From positions 1,024,001 through 1,088,000 of the forward strand of contig CBDFJG010000003.1 in NCBI GenBank assembly GCA_965248445.1: a stretch of DNA of 64,000 bases, in the 5' to 3' direction. Every line of letters starts with the position of its first letter. Within the stretch, counting starts at the first letter, position 1. Below, piece by piece: positions 37,381 to 48,986 of the stretch. Below the pieces are notes generated by a model, which worked only from the letters and a program-made list of their open reading frames with translations, did no database searches and had not been told where the DNA came from. The position numbers and the translations under genes are program-made. Source of the DNA: Planctomycetota bacterium. Lineage in GTDB: Bacteria > Planctomycetota > JAJSAM01 > JAJVHW01.

Positions 37381-38445
37381 ATGACTTCGATCGAGGAACT
37401 GCTGACCACCATGGTCCAGCGAGGGGGAAGCGACCTCCACCTCAGTGCAGGCTCGCCGCCGCGCATCCGCGTGGACGGAGCGCTCGTCAACACCGAGCAC
37501 CCCGTGCTCCCCCCTGAGATGACTCAGGCGCTGATCTACTCGTTTCTCTCGAACGCGCAGGTCGCCGAGTTCGAGCAGAAGTGGGAGATCGACCTCTCGT
37601 TCGGCATCGACCGGCTGGGCCGCTTCCGCGTGAACGTGTTCCTGCAGCGGGGGACGGTCGCTGCGGTGCTGCGCGTGATCCCGTACGAGATCCGCACGTT
37701 CACCGACCTCGGCCTGCCCGTGCAGGTGTGCGAGAGCCTCTGCTCGCTGCCCAAGGGCCTGATCCTCGTGACGGGGGCCACCGGCTCGGGCAAGTCCACG
37801 ACGCTCGCGTCGATGATCGACTACGTCAACACGGAGCGGCAGGGGCACATCGTCACGATCGAGGACCCGATCGAGTTCCTGCACCGCAACAAGAACTGCC
37901 TTTGCAACCAGCGCGAAGTCAACTCGGACACACAGGGCTTCGGCGCCGCGCTGCGCAGTGTTCTGCGACAGGACCCCGACGTGGTGATGCTGGGCGAACT
38001 CCGGGACCGCGAGACGGTCGAGGCTGCGCTCACGGTCGCCGAGACGGGCCACCTGACCTTCGCGACGCTGCACACGTCGGACGCGATAACGACCGTCAAC
38101 CGCATCGTCGACATCTTCCCGAGCCATCAGCAGGCGCAGATCCGCACGCAGCTCTCGTTCGTGTTGCAGGGCGTCTTCTGCCAGCAACTGCTCCAGCGCG
38201 CGACCGGTCGGGGCCGCGTACTGGCATCGGAGGTCCTGCTCGCGACCCCCGCCGTCCGCGCGCTGATCCGCGAGGACAAGGTCCACCAGATCTACAGCAT
38301 CGTTCAGACCGGCGGAAAGCTCGGCATGAAGACGATGAACCAGAGCCTTTACGAACTGCAACGGGCGGGCCTGGTGACGTTCGAAGAAGCGCTGCACAAC
38401 ACCACTGACCCCGAGGACCTGAAGCGGCTCTTCCACCGCATGTAG
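37381..38445 (+). CDS. pilT: Type IV pilus retraction ATPase
   Basis: GSDLHLSAG, GATGSGKST, TIEDPIEF, RQDPDV, AETGHL. Confidence 0.95.
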   Translation: MTSIEELLTTMVQRGGSDLHLSAGSPPRIRVDGALVNTEHPVLPPEMTQALIYSFLSNAQVAEFEQKWEIDLSFGIDRLGRFRVNVFLQRGTVAAVLRVIPYEIRTFTDLGLPVQVCESLCSLPKGLILVTGATGSGKSTTLASMIDYVNTERQGHIVTIEDPIEFLHRNKNCLCNQREVNSDTQGFGAALRSVLRQDPDVVMLGELRDRETVEAALTVAETGHLTFATLHTSDAITTVNRIVDIFPSHQQAQIRTQLSFVLQGVFCQQLLQRATGRGRVLASEVLLATPAVRALIREDKVHQIYSIVQTGGKLGMKTMNQSLYELQRAGLVTFEEALHNTTDPEDLKRLFHRM

Positions 38446-38452
38446 AAGCCCC

Positions 38453-40168
38453 ATGATCACATTCAACAAGCGTGTCTCCCGCATCCTCGAACGCTCTGGC
38501 CAGATCGAAGCCGGGGCGCTCGCCGAGGCCGTGGAATCTGCGGACAGCGCGAACCGCCCGCTCGCGAGCGTGCTCGTCGAGACGCAGGTCATCGACGAGA
38601 GCGTACTGCTCGGCATCCTGGGTGAGCAGACGCGCGTGCCGCCGATCAACCTGGCACACGTCTCGCCCGACAAGCCTGTGCTCGACTCGGTGCCCGAGGA
38701 ACTCGCGTTCGAGAAGAGCGTGTTCCCGGTCGCGCGGACGGGCAACGTGCTGACGATCGCCGTCACGAACCCGTATGACGTCGTGAAGCTCGACGACGTG
38801 CGCATCGTCACCGGATGCGAGTTGCGCATCGTGCTGACGCTCGAAGGGCACCTGAAGAAGGCGCTCGACCGTGCCTACAACGCCGGTCAGAAGGAAGTCG
38901 ATCAGATCCTCGGCGCCATTGACGGCGACCTCGACATCCAGCAGACGGAGCAGGACGACCTCGAGTCTCTGGATCTCGACACCCTCTCGGACCACGAGGC
39001 GTCGCCGGTCATCAAGTTCGTGAACATGATGATCTATCAGGCAGCGAAGGAGGGTGCGTCCGACATCCACATCGAGCCGTTCGAGAAGCGCGTGGTGGTG
39101 CGCTTCCGCAAGGACGGCGTCATGCGCGTCGTGTTCACCCCGCCGCGCAGCATGATCAACGCGATGACGTCGCGCATCAAAGTGCTCTCGTCGATGGACA
39201 TCGCAGAGCGTCGCAAGCCGCAGGACGGCAAGTTCCAGATGCGCATCGACGGCCGCCAGGTCGACTTCCGTGTGAGCATCCTGCCGATGGTGCACGGCGA
39301 GAAGACCGTCATGCGTCTTCTCGACGCGTCGAACCTGCAGCTCAACCTCGAGTCCCTCGGCTTCGAGGAGGCCGCTCTCGAGGACTTCCGGCACGCGATC
39401 GCGCAGCCGTACGGGATGATCCTCGTCACCGGCCCGACCGGATCGGGCAAGTCGACGACGCTCTACTCCGCCGTGCGCGAGATGCTCTCGCCCGAGGAGA
39501 ACTTCGTGACCGTCGAGGACCCCGTCGAGTACCAGCTCGACGGCGTCAACCAGGTCCAGGTGCAGACCAAGCGCGGACTCACGTTCGCCACCGCGCTCCG
39601 CGCGATCCTGCGTCAGGACCCGGACAAGATCCTGCTCGGCGAGATTCGAGACAAGGAGACGATCGAGATCGCGGTCAAGGCCGCGCTGACCGGCCACCTC
39701 GTCCTCTCCACGCTCCACACGAACGACGCGCCCTCGACCGTGACACGCATGGTCGACATGGGCGTCGATCCGTTCATGGTGGCGTCGTCCACGTTGCTGG
39801 TCTCGGCGCAGCGACTGTGCCGCCGGCTGTGCACGCAGTGCCGCGATCCGCTGGATCGTCCGCCAATCGAACGCCTGCAGGAGCTCGGCATGAAGGACGA
39901 GGACATCACGGACGAGCTGCAGTTCTATATGGCACGCGGGTGCCCGCGGTGCTCGAACGGCTATTCGGGCCGCTTCGCCGTGCTCGAGACGCTGCCCATG
40001 ACCGAAGAGGTCAGGCGCATCATCATCAACGGCGGCTCGGCCGAGGCGATCAAGCAGAAGGCTGTCGAGAACAACATGATCACGCTCCGTCGTTGCGCGC
40101 TACGCGCTGCGGCGAAAGGCAAGACTTCCGTCGAGGAAGTGCTGCGCGTGACGCTCCAGGACGCGTAA
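38453..40168 (+). CDS. pilB: Type IV pilus assembly ATPase PilB/GspE
   Basis: MshEN-like N-terminus, ASDIHIEP, GPTGSGKST, EDPVEY, CTQC..CPRC. Confidence 0.95.
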   Translation: MITFNKRVSRILERSGQIEAGALAEAVESADSANRPLASVLVETQVIDESVLLGILGEQTRVPPINLAHVSPDKPVLDSVPEELAFEKSVFPVARTGNVLTIAVTNPYDVVKLDDVRIVTGCELRIVLTLEGHLKKALDRAYNAGQKEVDQILGAIDGDLDIQQTEQDDLESLDLDTLSDHEASPVIKFVNMMIYQAAKEGASDIHIEPFEKRVVVRFRKDGVMRVVFTPPRSMINAMTSRIKVLSSMDIAERRKPQDGKFQMRIDGRQVDFRVSILPMVHGEKTVMRLLDASNLQLNLESLGFEEAALEDFRHAIAQPYGMILVTGPTGSGKSTTLYSAVREMLSPEENFVTVEDPVEYQLDGVNQVQVQTKRGLTFATALRAILRQDPDKILLGEIRDKETIEIAVKAALTGHLVLSTLHTNDAPSTVTRMVDMGVDPFMVASSTLLVSAQRLCRRLCTQCRDPLDRPPIERLQELGMKDEDITDELQFYMARGCPRCSNGYSGRFAVLETLPMTEEVRRIIINGGSAEAIKQKAVENNMITLRRCALRAAAKGKTSVEEVLRVTLQDA

Positions 40169-40205
40169 CGGGCGGGACATTCACACGCCGCAGGGGTAAT
40201 CAGCG

Positions 40206-41447
40206 ATGGCGAACTTCAAGTACAAGGCCAAGGACTTCGGGGGCAAGAAGGTCACCGGAACGGTCCAGGGTTCGAACCAGGCCTCCGCGATCGCGGAACT
40301 GCGTCGCAAGAACCTGATCGTCGTGTCCATGAAGGCGGCGTCCTCGGGCGGGGGAGGCGGCGGACTGAAGGCCGCGCTCACCGACAGCAACCCGAATCGG
40401 TACAAGCCCCGCGGGGACGAGCTCGTCGTGTTCACGCGGCAGCTCTCGACCATGGTGTCGGCCGGTATCCCGCTGCTCGAGTCCCTCGAGATCCTGCAGG
40501 AGCAGGCCGAGAACGCCGGATTTGCCGCCGTGCTCGACAACGTGGTCGAGTCGATCCGCTCCGGCGGCGACCTCTCGGCTTCGATGGAGAAGTACCCCAG
40601 ATCGTTCCACGACATCTACATCTCGATGGTGCGCGCGGGTGAGGTCTCGGGTCAGCTCGACACGATCCTCAATCGCCTCGCGGAGTACATGGAAGAGGCC
40701 GAGGGCCTCAAGCGCGAGATCAAGGCGGCGATGACCTACCCGGTCGTGTCGTTGGTGCTCGTCATCGGCATCACCATGTTCCTCATGCTCGGCATCGTGC
40801 CCAAGTTCCGGGAGGTCTTCGACTCGATGGAGATCGACCTGCCGGGACTGACCGCCGTGATCCTCGACATCGCCGACTGGATGACGAGCAACGTCCTCGC
40901 GATGGCAGGGATCACGGTGGGTCTCTTCATCGCCATGAAGATCTACAAGAAGAGCGACAGGGGCGCGCGCCAGCTCGACTGGCTCAAGCTGCACGTGCCG
41001 GTCTTCGGCCCGCTGTTCCGCAAGGTCGCGCTCAGCCGCTTCAGCAAGACGTTCGCGACGCTGTGCCAGTCCGGCGTCCCCATCCTCGGCGCGCTCGAGA
41101 TCGTGCGCGACACGGTCGGTAACCGGGTGCTCGCCGAGGCCATCGAGCACGCGCGCGAGAGCGTGCGGCAGGGCGAGACGCTCTCCGGGCCGCTCGGTCA
41201 GAGCCCCGAGTTCCCGCCGATGGTCGTGAAGATGATCGGCATCGGCGAACGGTCCGGCGCGCTCGAGACGCTGCTGGACAAGATCAGCATCTTCTATGAC
41301 GAGCAGGTCAAGGCGGCGGTCAAGAGCCTCACCAGCCTGATCGAGCCCGTCATGATCGCCATCATGGGCTTCCTTGTCGGCACGATCGTGCTGGCCGTCT
41401 TCCTGCCCATCTTCGAGCTCCAGAAGAAGCTGTCCCAGCGCTCGTAG
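40206..41447 (+). CDS. pilC: Type IV pilus platform protein PilC/GspF
   Basis: FTRQLSTMVSAGIPL, AGEVSGQLD, GERSGALE, SLIEP. Confidence 0.95.
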   Translation: MANFKYKAKDFGGKKVTGTVQGSNQASAIAELRRKNLIVVSMKAASSGGGGGGLKAALTDSNPNRYKPRGDELVVFTRQLSTMVSAGIPLLESLEILQEQAENAGFAAVLDNVVESIRSGGDLSASMEKYPRSFHDIYISMVRAGEVSGQLDTILNRLAEYMEEAEGLKREIKAAMTYPVVSLVLVIGITMFLMLGIVPKFREVFDSMEIDLPGLTAVILDIADWMTSNVLAMAGITVGLFIAMKIYKKSDRGARQLDWLKLHVPVFGPLFRKVALSRFSKTFATLCQSGVPILGALEIVRDTVGNRVLAEAIEHARESVRQGETLSGPLGQSPEFPPMVVKMIGIGERSGALETLLDKISIFYDEQVKAAVKSLTSLIEPVMIAIMGFLVGTIVLAVFLPIFELQKKLSQRS

Positions 41448-41770
41448 TCGACGCGGGTAGCCCACGTCACGGGGATCGCTTGAGCGATCCCCGCGCCGTC
41501 GGCTCCCGCTGCGGAAGCCGCCCTCACGGCTTGCGCCGCACTGCACGCGCTGCGCACTTGCGCGCGACGAGCGCCAAGCCCTCGCGAGGGGCCGAGGCGC
41601 ACGGTGCGTCGCGTCGGCCTCGCGCCGCGGTCGCCCCCGAAGTTCTCCCGGATCCGGTCTCAAGTGACCCGCGATGCGGTCCCGATAGGGGAGAGGTTCC
41701 GATGGGTCGCGCGGCTGGTGCCAGTCCGCTCTTCGGGCATAGAGAGAGACAGAGAAAGAGGCAAGACACC

Positions 41771-42475
<705 letters not shown>

Positions 42476-42517
42476 GACCGTTCCGCCCCGGCATGCCGGG
42501 GTTGACGACGCACATTC

Positions 42518-42554
42518 GACGCCCGGGCGGTTTGCCGCCCGGGCGTCTTCCTTT
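42518..42554 (+). terminator. Rho-independent terminator after the pilin gene
   Basis: GACGCCCGGGCGG-tttg-CCGCCCGGGCGTC then TTCCTTT. Confidence 0.75.
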
Positions 42555-42615
42555 GGTCAAGGCCCTCTCGATCCAGGGTCGATGAACCAAGAGGAAGGGC
42601 AGGAGCGCATCCGTC

Positions 42616-43491
42616 GTGAGGATCTCGATCATCATTCCGGCGAAGAACGAGGCGGCGGGGCTTCCCGCCGTCCTCGAACGGCTGCGCACCGTCCTCGCGG
42701 GGCGGCCGGATCACGAGGACCACGAGGTCATCGTCGTGGACGACGGGAGCGACGACGACACAGGTGAGATCGCCGCGCAGCTCGGCGCCCGCGTCGAGCG
42801 GCATCCCTACTCGATCGGCAACGGCGCTGCCGTGAAGACCGGCATGCGCACCGCGCGGGGCGACGTCTTTCTCTGCATGGACGCGGACGGCCAGCACCCC
42901 CCCGAGGACATCCCGCGCCTACTCGACAGTCTGCCCGGCTACGCGATGGTCGTCGGTGCCCGCACGGAGGGCACGGGCACCGGCGTCCATCGCGGCATCG
43001 CCAACGCTGTCTACAACCGCTTCGCCACGTACGTCGTGAAGCGCCCGGTGCCGGACCTGACGAGCGGCTTCCGCGCGATCGACGCCGCCTCCGCGCGGCG
43101 GTTCATCTACCTGCTCCCGAACACGTTCAGCTATCCGACTACGATCACGCTCTCGTTCTTCCGCGCCGGCCTGCCCGTGCGCTACGAACCGATCGAGGCG
43201 CGGGCGCGCCAGGGCAAGAGCCACATCCGGATCGTGCGCGACGGCGTGCGCTTCCTCCTGATCCTCACGAAGATCGCCACGATCTTCAGTCCGATGCGCG
43301 TGTTCCTGCCCATGAGCTTCGCGGCGTTCGTGCTGGGCGCCGGCTGGTATGCGTACACGTTCACCGTGGCGCGACGCTTCACGAACGCGAGCCAGCTCTT
43401 GCTCGTCCTGAGCGTCATCCTGTTCGCGCTCGCCCTGATCTCCGAGCAGGTCGCCGCACTGCGCTTCGACCGCACCGAACGCGAGACGTGA
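42616..43491 (+). CDS. GT2 glycosyltransferase, polyprenol-phosphate sugar synthase-like
   Basis: IPAKNE, VDDGSDD, DADGQH, DLTSGFRA, two C-terminal TM helices. Confidence 0.88.
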   Translation: MRISIIIPAKNEAAGLPAVLERLRTVLAGRPDHEDHEVIVVDDGSDDDTGEIAAQLGARVERHPYSIGNGAAVKTGMRTARGDVFLCMDADGQHPPEDIPRLLDSLPGYAMVVGARTEGTGTGVHRGIANAVYNRFATYVVKRPVPDLTSGFRAIDAASARRFIYLLPNTFSYPTTITLSFFRAGLPVRYEPIEARARQGKSHIRIVRDGVRFLLILTKIATIFSPMRVFLPMSFAAFVLGAGWYAYTFTVARRFTNASQLLLVLSVILFALALISEQVAALRFDRTERET

Positions 43492-44621
43492 CGCCCGCTC
43501 CGCTCCGCTTCCTCTGGTTCGGCTCGTACTCGAAGGGACCGGGCTACCCGCGCAACGAGACGCTGATGGCGGGACTGCGCGCACGCGGCCACGTGGTCGA
43601 AGAGGCGCACGCGCCGCTGTTCGAGGGTGCGGGTGAGCGCGTGGCGCTCGGCGGCGGCGGCGGCGTCGTCAAGACGGCTGCACGCCAGTCGCGCGCCGCC
43701 CTCCGCCTTGCCGGTGCCTGGTTCCGCGCGTCGCCGCACAACGTGGCGGTCGTCGGGAGCGGTGGAGTGGTCGACGTGCCGCTCCTGCGCTTCCTGCAGA
43801 ACATCGACCGCCGTCCGGTCGTGCTCGACGCCTTCGTCCCGCTCTACGACACCGTCGTACGCGACCGTGGCCTGGCGGCGCCGGGTTCGGCGCGAGCTCG
43901 GGTCCTGAGGCGCGCAGAGCGGCTCTCCGGTCGGCTGGCGGACCTCGTGCTGGCGGACACGGGAGAGAACGCGCAACTGGTCGCCGAGGACCTGTCCGTC
44001 CCGCTCGATGACGTGGCGGTCGTGCCGATCGCGCAGCCCGACCCCGGACCACCGGCTGCGCTTCCGGACGGCGGCCCGTTGCGTGTGATCCTGGTCGCTA
44101 CGTACATCCCGCTGCACGGTGTGGAGACCGTCGTCCGGGCTGCTCGGTCGCTCGGCGGGGCCGGGCTCGAGATCACGATCGTCGGCACCGGCCAGCTCCT
44201 TCCCGATGTGAAGCCGCTGGCGGAGGGCGTGGCGGGACTGCAACTCGTGGAGGCATTCGAACCCCCGGAGCGGATCGCGGAGCGGCTGGCGCAGTCTCAC
44301 GTGGGGCTGGGTGTCTTCGGGACGACCGAAAAGGCTGCGCGTGTTGTCCCATTCAAGGCCGTGTTGACGCTCGCGGCGGGGCGGGCCCTGGTGACCCGCG
44401 ACTCACCCGCCGCGCAGGAGGCGCTCGACGGCGCCGCACTGCTGGTGGAGGCCGGCGACCCGCACGGGCTGGCTGCGGCGCTGGCCCGACTGCGCGACGA
44501 CCGTGCGGAGACGGCGCGGCTCGCCGATGCAGGGCGCCGCAGATATGTCGAGCGGTTCACCCCGGAGTCGGCGGCGCGATCGCTCGAGGAGGCGCTGGCC
44601 GCGCGCGGCCTGCTGCCGTGA
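43488..44621 (+). CDS. GT4-family glycosyltransferase
   Basis: YIPLHGVE, LGVFGTTEKAARVVPFK. Confidence 0.82.
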   Translation: MTPAPLRFLWFGSYSKGPGYPRNETLMAGLRARGHVVEEAHAPLFEGAGERVALGGGGGVVKTAARQSRAALRLAGAWFRASPHNVAVVGSGGVVDVPLLRFLQNIDRRPVVLDAFVPLYDTVVRDRGLAAPGSARARVLRRAERLSGRLADLVLADTGENAQLVAEDLSVPLDDVAVVPIAQPDPGPPAALPDGGPLRVILVATYIPLHGVETVVRAARSLGGAGLEITIVGTGQLLPDVKPLAEGVAGLQLVEAFEPPERIAERLAQSHVGLGVFGTTEKAARVVPFKAVLTLAAGRALVTRDSPAAQEALDGAALLVEAGDPHGLAAALARLRDDRAETARLADAGRRRYVERFTPESAARSLEEALAARGLLP

Positions 44622-44622
44622 A

Positions 44623-45645
<1,023 letters not shown>

Positions 45646-45790
45646 TTACTGCAGCCCCATGACCGATGAAACCTATGCCGATCCACTCGCCGGGGCGTGC
45701 CCGCGACGATCGTCCGGACCTCATCGCCGTGCCGGTACTCATGCACTTCCGCCGCCTCTCCCATCGACCGTCCACCGGCGGGAGTTCAGG

Positions 45791-46900
45791 GTGAAGGTCG
45801 CCTTCGCAGCCGTCACGGGCCGGCAGGGCGGCGCTCGTTCCTACGCGCTGTCGCTGCTCCGTGCGCTCGCGGCGCTGGAGGGTCCGGAGGAGTACGTGCT
45901 GCTCTCGGACACGGAGGTGCCCGAGGAGGAGCGCGGCGGCGTGCGTCGTGTCTCCGTGCCGATGCCCGGAGGCACCCTCGCGCGGCCGCTCGCAGAGGCG
46001 TTGGCGCTGCCCCTCCTCGCCCGCCGGATCGGGGCCGACGTGTTCCACGGTACGAAGCAGACGCTCCCGGCGGGTCTGCGCTGCCCGCGCGTGGTCACGG
46101 TCCTCGACCTTGCGCCGCATCTGTTCCCGCACACGTTCTCCCGCGCCGCCGGCATCTACCTGCGCCACAGCACGGCGGCCGCCGTGCGCCGCGCAGACCA
46201 CGTGCTCGCCATTTCCGATACGACGGCGCGTGACGTCTCCAGTGTGCTCGGCGTCTCTCCGGACCGTGTGACCGTCGTGCCTCTCGGAGTGGACCCGCGG
46301 ATGCTCCGCGTCGTCGATCCTGCGGAGATCGACGAGGTGCGGCGCCGTCACGGCCTGCCCGAGCGCTACGTGCTGACTGTGGGCACGCTGCAGCCGCGCA
46401 AGAACGTCGATGTCGTGCTGGACGCTGTCGAGCGGCTTGCAGATACGGGAGGCGATCCTCCGCTCTACGTCGTCGCGGGACGCGTTGGTTGGATGGTGGA
46501 CGACGTCATCGCGCGACTGAACGCGTCGCCGCTGGGGCGCTTTCTCGGGTCCATTCCAGAGGCCGACCTGCTGCCGCTGCTCGCCGGCGCGACCGTCTTC
46601 CTGTCTCCTTCGTCGTACGAGGGGTTCGGGCTGGCCGTCGCCGAGGCAATGGCTGCAGGGACGGCGGTCATCGCCGGACTCGGGAGCGCGAGCGACGACG
46701 TGGTCGGCGCCGCCGGCGTGCGCGTCGAACCGCGAAGCGTCGAAGCCGTGGCCGATGCGCTCGACTATCTGCTGCGGGACGATGCCGAGCGGACGCGCCT
46801 GGCGGCTGCGGGCCGCGCACGTGTGAAGATCTTCACGTGGGAGCGGACGGCGCGCGGCACGCGCGAGGTGTACCGCCGTGTCGCGAGGGGGACCGCATGA
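45791..46900 (+). CDS. GT4-family glycosyltransferase
   Basis: VGTLQPRKN, YEGFGLAVAEAMAAG. Confidence 0.9.
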   Translation: MKVAFAAVTGRQGGARSYALSLLRALAALEGPEEYVLLSDTEVPEEERGGVRRVSVPMPGGTLARPLAEALALPLLARRIGADVFHGTKQTLPAGLRCPRVVTVLDLAPHLFPHTFSRAAGIYLRHSTAAAVRRADHVLAISDTTARDVSSVLGVSPDRVTVVPLGVDPRMLRVVDPAEIDEVRRRHGLPERYVLTVGTLQPRKNVDVVLDAVERLADTGGDPPLYVVAGRVGWMVDDVIARLNASPLGRFLGSIPEADLLPLLAGATVFLSPSSYEGFGLAVAEAMAAGTAVIAGLGSASDDVVGAAGVRVEPRSVEAVADALDYLLRDDAERTRLAAAGRARVKIFTWERTARGTREVYRRVARGTA

Positions 46901-48966
46901 GCATGATGCGGGAACGGGCCGAGGTGCTGCGTCCGCGGACGGTGCTCCTGCTGCTCGTTCTCGCCGTGCTGGTGACCTACGCGGCCGGGATACTCGCCGG
47001 CGGGTTCCACTTCGATGACCTGCACCACGTGCGCGACAACCCGAGCGTCCGCACACTGGGAAATCCGCTGCCGTTCTACGGAGACGCGTCCCTGTGGAGC
47101 GGGGAGCCCGGCAATCAGATGTACCGCCCGACCGGCATGGTCGTCCACGCGCTGGACTTCGCGGCCTGGAAGACGCTGGCCGGCAACGGACTGCACGGCC
47201 CGGGCTGGGTGCTGACGAACGCTCTGCTGCACGCGTTCGTGTCGTTCCTCGTGTTCCTGCTCGGTACGCGTCTCGGTCTGTCTCGCCTCGCCGCGTTCCT
47301 GGCGGCGCTCGTGATGGCGATGCACCCGTTGCACAGCGAAGTCGTGAACTACGTCTCCGCACGCTCGGAGAGCACGGCGGCGGTGTTCGTGATCCTCGCG
47401 CTGCTCGCGCACTGGAAGGCCCGCACGGCGGTCGGCAGGCGGCGCTGGGCGTTCACGGCGCTCGCCGTGCTGCTCTCGTTCATGGCGATGACGTGCAAGG
47501 AGACAGCGGCCACGTTCTTCGCGGCCGTCGTGTGGATGGAACTCGTCCTCGCAGACGGCGGCGTGGGCGCCCGGATTCGGACCGCGGCGCTGCGCGGAGC
47601 GGTCTACGTGCTGCCTCTGGTCGTGTACTTGCTACTGCGACGCGAGATGATCGGCTTCGCGACGGCACCGATCGTGATGCACGGAGCGGGGGGCATCGAC
47701 CCTCAGATCGGCGGGCATCGCACGTTCAGCGCGAACCTCGCAACGCAGGCGCGCGCGGGCGTGCTGTACCTGCAACTCTGGCTGCGTCCGCTGCGACTCG
47801 CGGCCGACCACGACGTCGGCGCGGTCAGCACGAGCGTACCGGCGGTCGCGGCGGCGGCCCTCCTGCACGTCACGCTCGTCGCCGGCGCGCTGCGCGAGCT
47901 GCTCCGCGGCAAGCGCCTGCTGCCACTGGCGGTCGGCTGGGCGTACATCTTCGTCCTGCCCAGCACCTTGATCCCGTTGAACGTCGTGATGAACGAGCAC
48001 CGCATGTACCTGCCGGGGATCGCGGTGGCGCTGCTCGCCGGTGCCGCGCTGGCGCGGGTCTTCCAGGTGCTGGCGACGGAACGGAGTCGGGGACTCGCCA
48101 TCGCAGCAACGGCGCTTCCGCTGTGCCTCTTCGCGGTGCTGGCCGCCGATCGCAGCCTCGAATGGCGCGACGACGCGACCCTGTGGAGCAGCGCGGCGAA
48201 GCGCAGCCCGCTCTCGGCGCGTGCGCATATGCACGTCGGCGCCGCGTACCACCTGAACGCGCAGAGCGTCTCGGGCGAGGACGCGGTGTCCGAACTCGAC
48301 CGTGCGCTGACGTCGTACGCGCGCGCGGACGAACTCCACCCCGGTTGGTACGACTTGCAGTTGAACCTCGGCGGCGCGTGGCTCGCGCGGGGCCGCCAGT
48401 CGCAGGACGACGCAGACTTCCAGCGCGCGCTCGACGCCTACGTCGCGGCCGGCCGGATCGTGGGTGAGAACAAGGAGCGGCCGCGGTTCCTGCAGTCCGC
48501 AGCGCTGACTGAACTCCGCCGCTACGACGATGCTGTGCGCATCCTCACCGAGATGGACGAGGCGGACGACGACGTCACGACCATCTACGACGACGCGATC
48601 GCCAGGGCGCTGCGCAAGAAGGGCGACCGCGCCGGAGCGGCGCGGCACATGGCGCGCGTCATCGAGATCGAAGAGCCGATCGATCGGGCCGAGGGCCTGC
48701 TAACGCTCGGCTGGTGGTACTTCGAGGACGGCGACCTGTCGCGCTCAGAACAGATGCTCAGCCGCGCTCTGGCGATCGGGAAGAGAAAGGGCCAGTTCAA
48801 GCCCTTCCTCTACATCGCGCGCTTCCTGAACGTGGTCGGTCAGCCGGGCGCCGGCGAGTTCGTTGACAGCGCGAAGAAGCTCGGCTGGCGCGCGCTTCCA
48901 CGAGAGGTGACGTGGGTCGAGGGCGGTCCGACGCCGGGCGCGCGGACCACCCTCCGGAAGCCGTAG
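46897..48966 (+). CDS. TMTC-like GT-C membrane glycosyltransferase with C-terminal TPRs
   Basis: FHFDD..DNP, YRP, N.LLH, HPLHSEVV..SARSE, KET, EHRMYLP, WRDD.TLW followed by TPRs. Confidence 0.82.
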   Translation: MSMMRERAEVLRPRTVLLLLVLAVLVTYAAGILAGGFHFDDLHHVRDNPSVRTLGNPLPFYGDASLWSGEPGNQMYRPTGMVVHALDFAAWKTLAGNGLHGPGWVLTNALLHAFVSFLVFLLGTRLGLSRLAAFLAALVMAMHPLHSEVVNYVSARSESTAAVFVILALLAHWKARTAVGRRRWAFTALAVLLSFMAMTCKETAATFFAAVVWMELVLADGGVGARIRTAALRGAVYVLPLVVYLLLRREMIGFATAPIVMHGAGGIDPQIGGHRTFSANLATQARAGVLYLQLWLRPLRLAADHDVGAVSTSVPAVAAAALLHVTLVAGALRELLRGKRLLPLAVGWAYIFVLPSTLIPLNVVMNEHRMYLPGIAVALLAGAALARVFQVLATERSRGLAIAATALPLCLFAVLAADRSLEWRDDATLWSSAAKRSPLSARAHMHVGAAYHLNAQSVSGEDAVSELDRALTSYARADELHPGWYDLQLNLGGAWLARGRQSQDDADFQRALDAYVAAGRIVGENKERPRFLQSAALTELRRYDDAVRILTEMDEADDDVTTIYDDAIARALRKKGDRAGAARHMARVIEIEEPIDRAEGLLTLGWWYFEDGDLSRSEQMLSRALAIGKRKGQFKPFLYIARFLNVVGQPGAGEFVDSAKKLGWRALPREVTWVEGGPTPGARTTLRKP

Positions 48967-48986
48967 TACTTCAGAGTTCGAGGAGG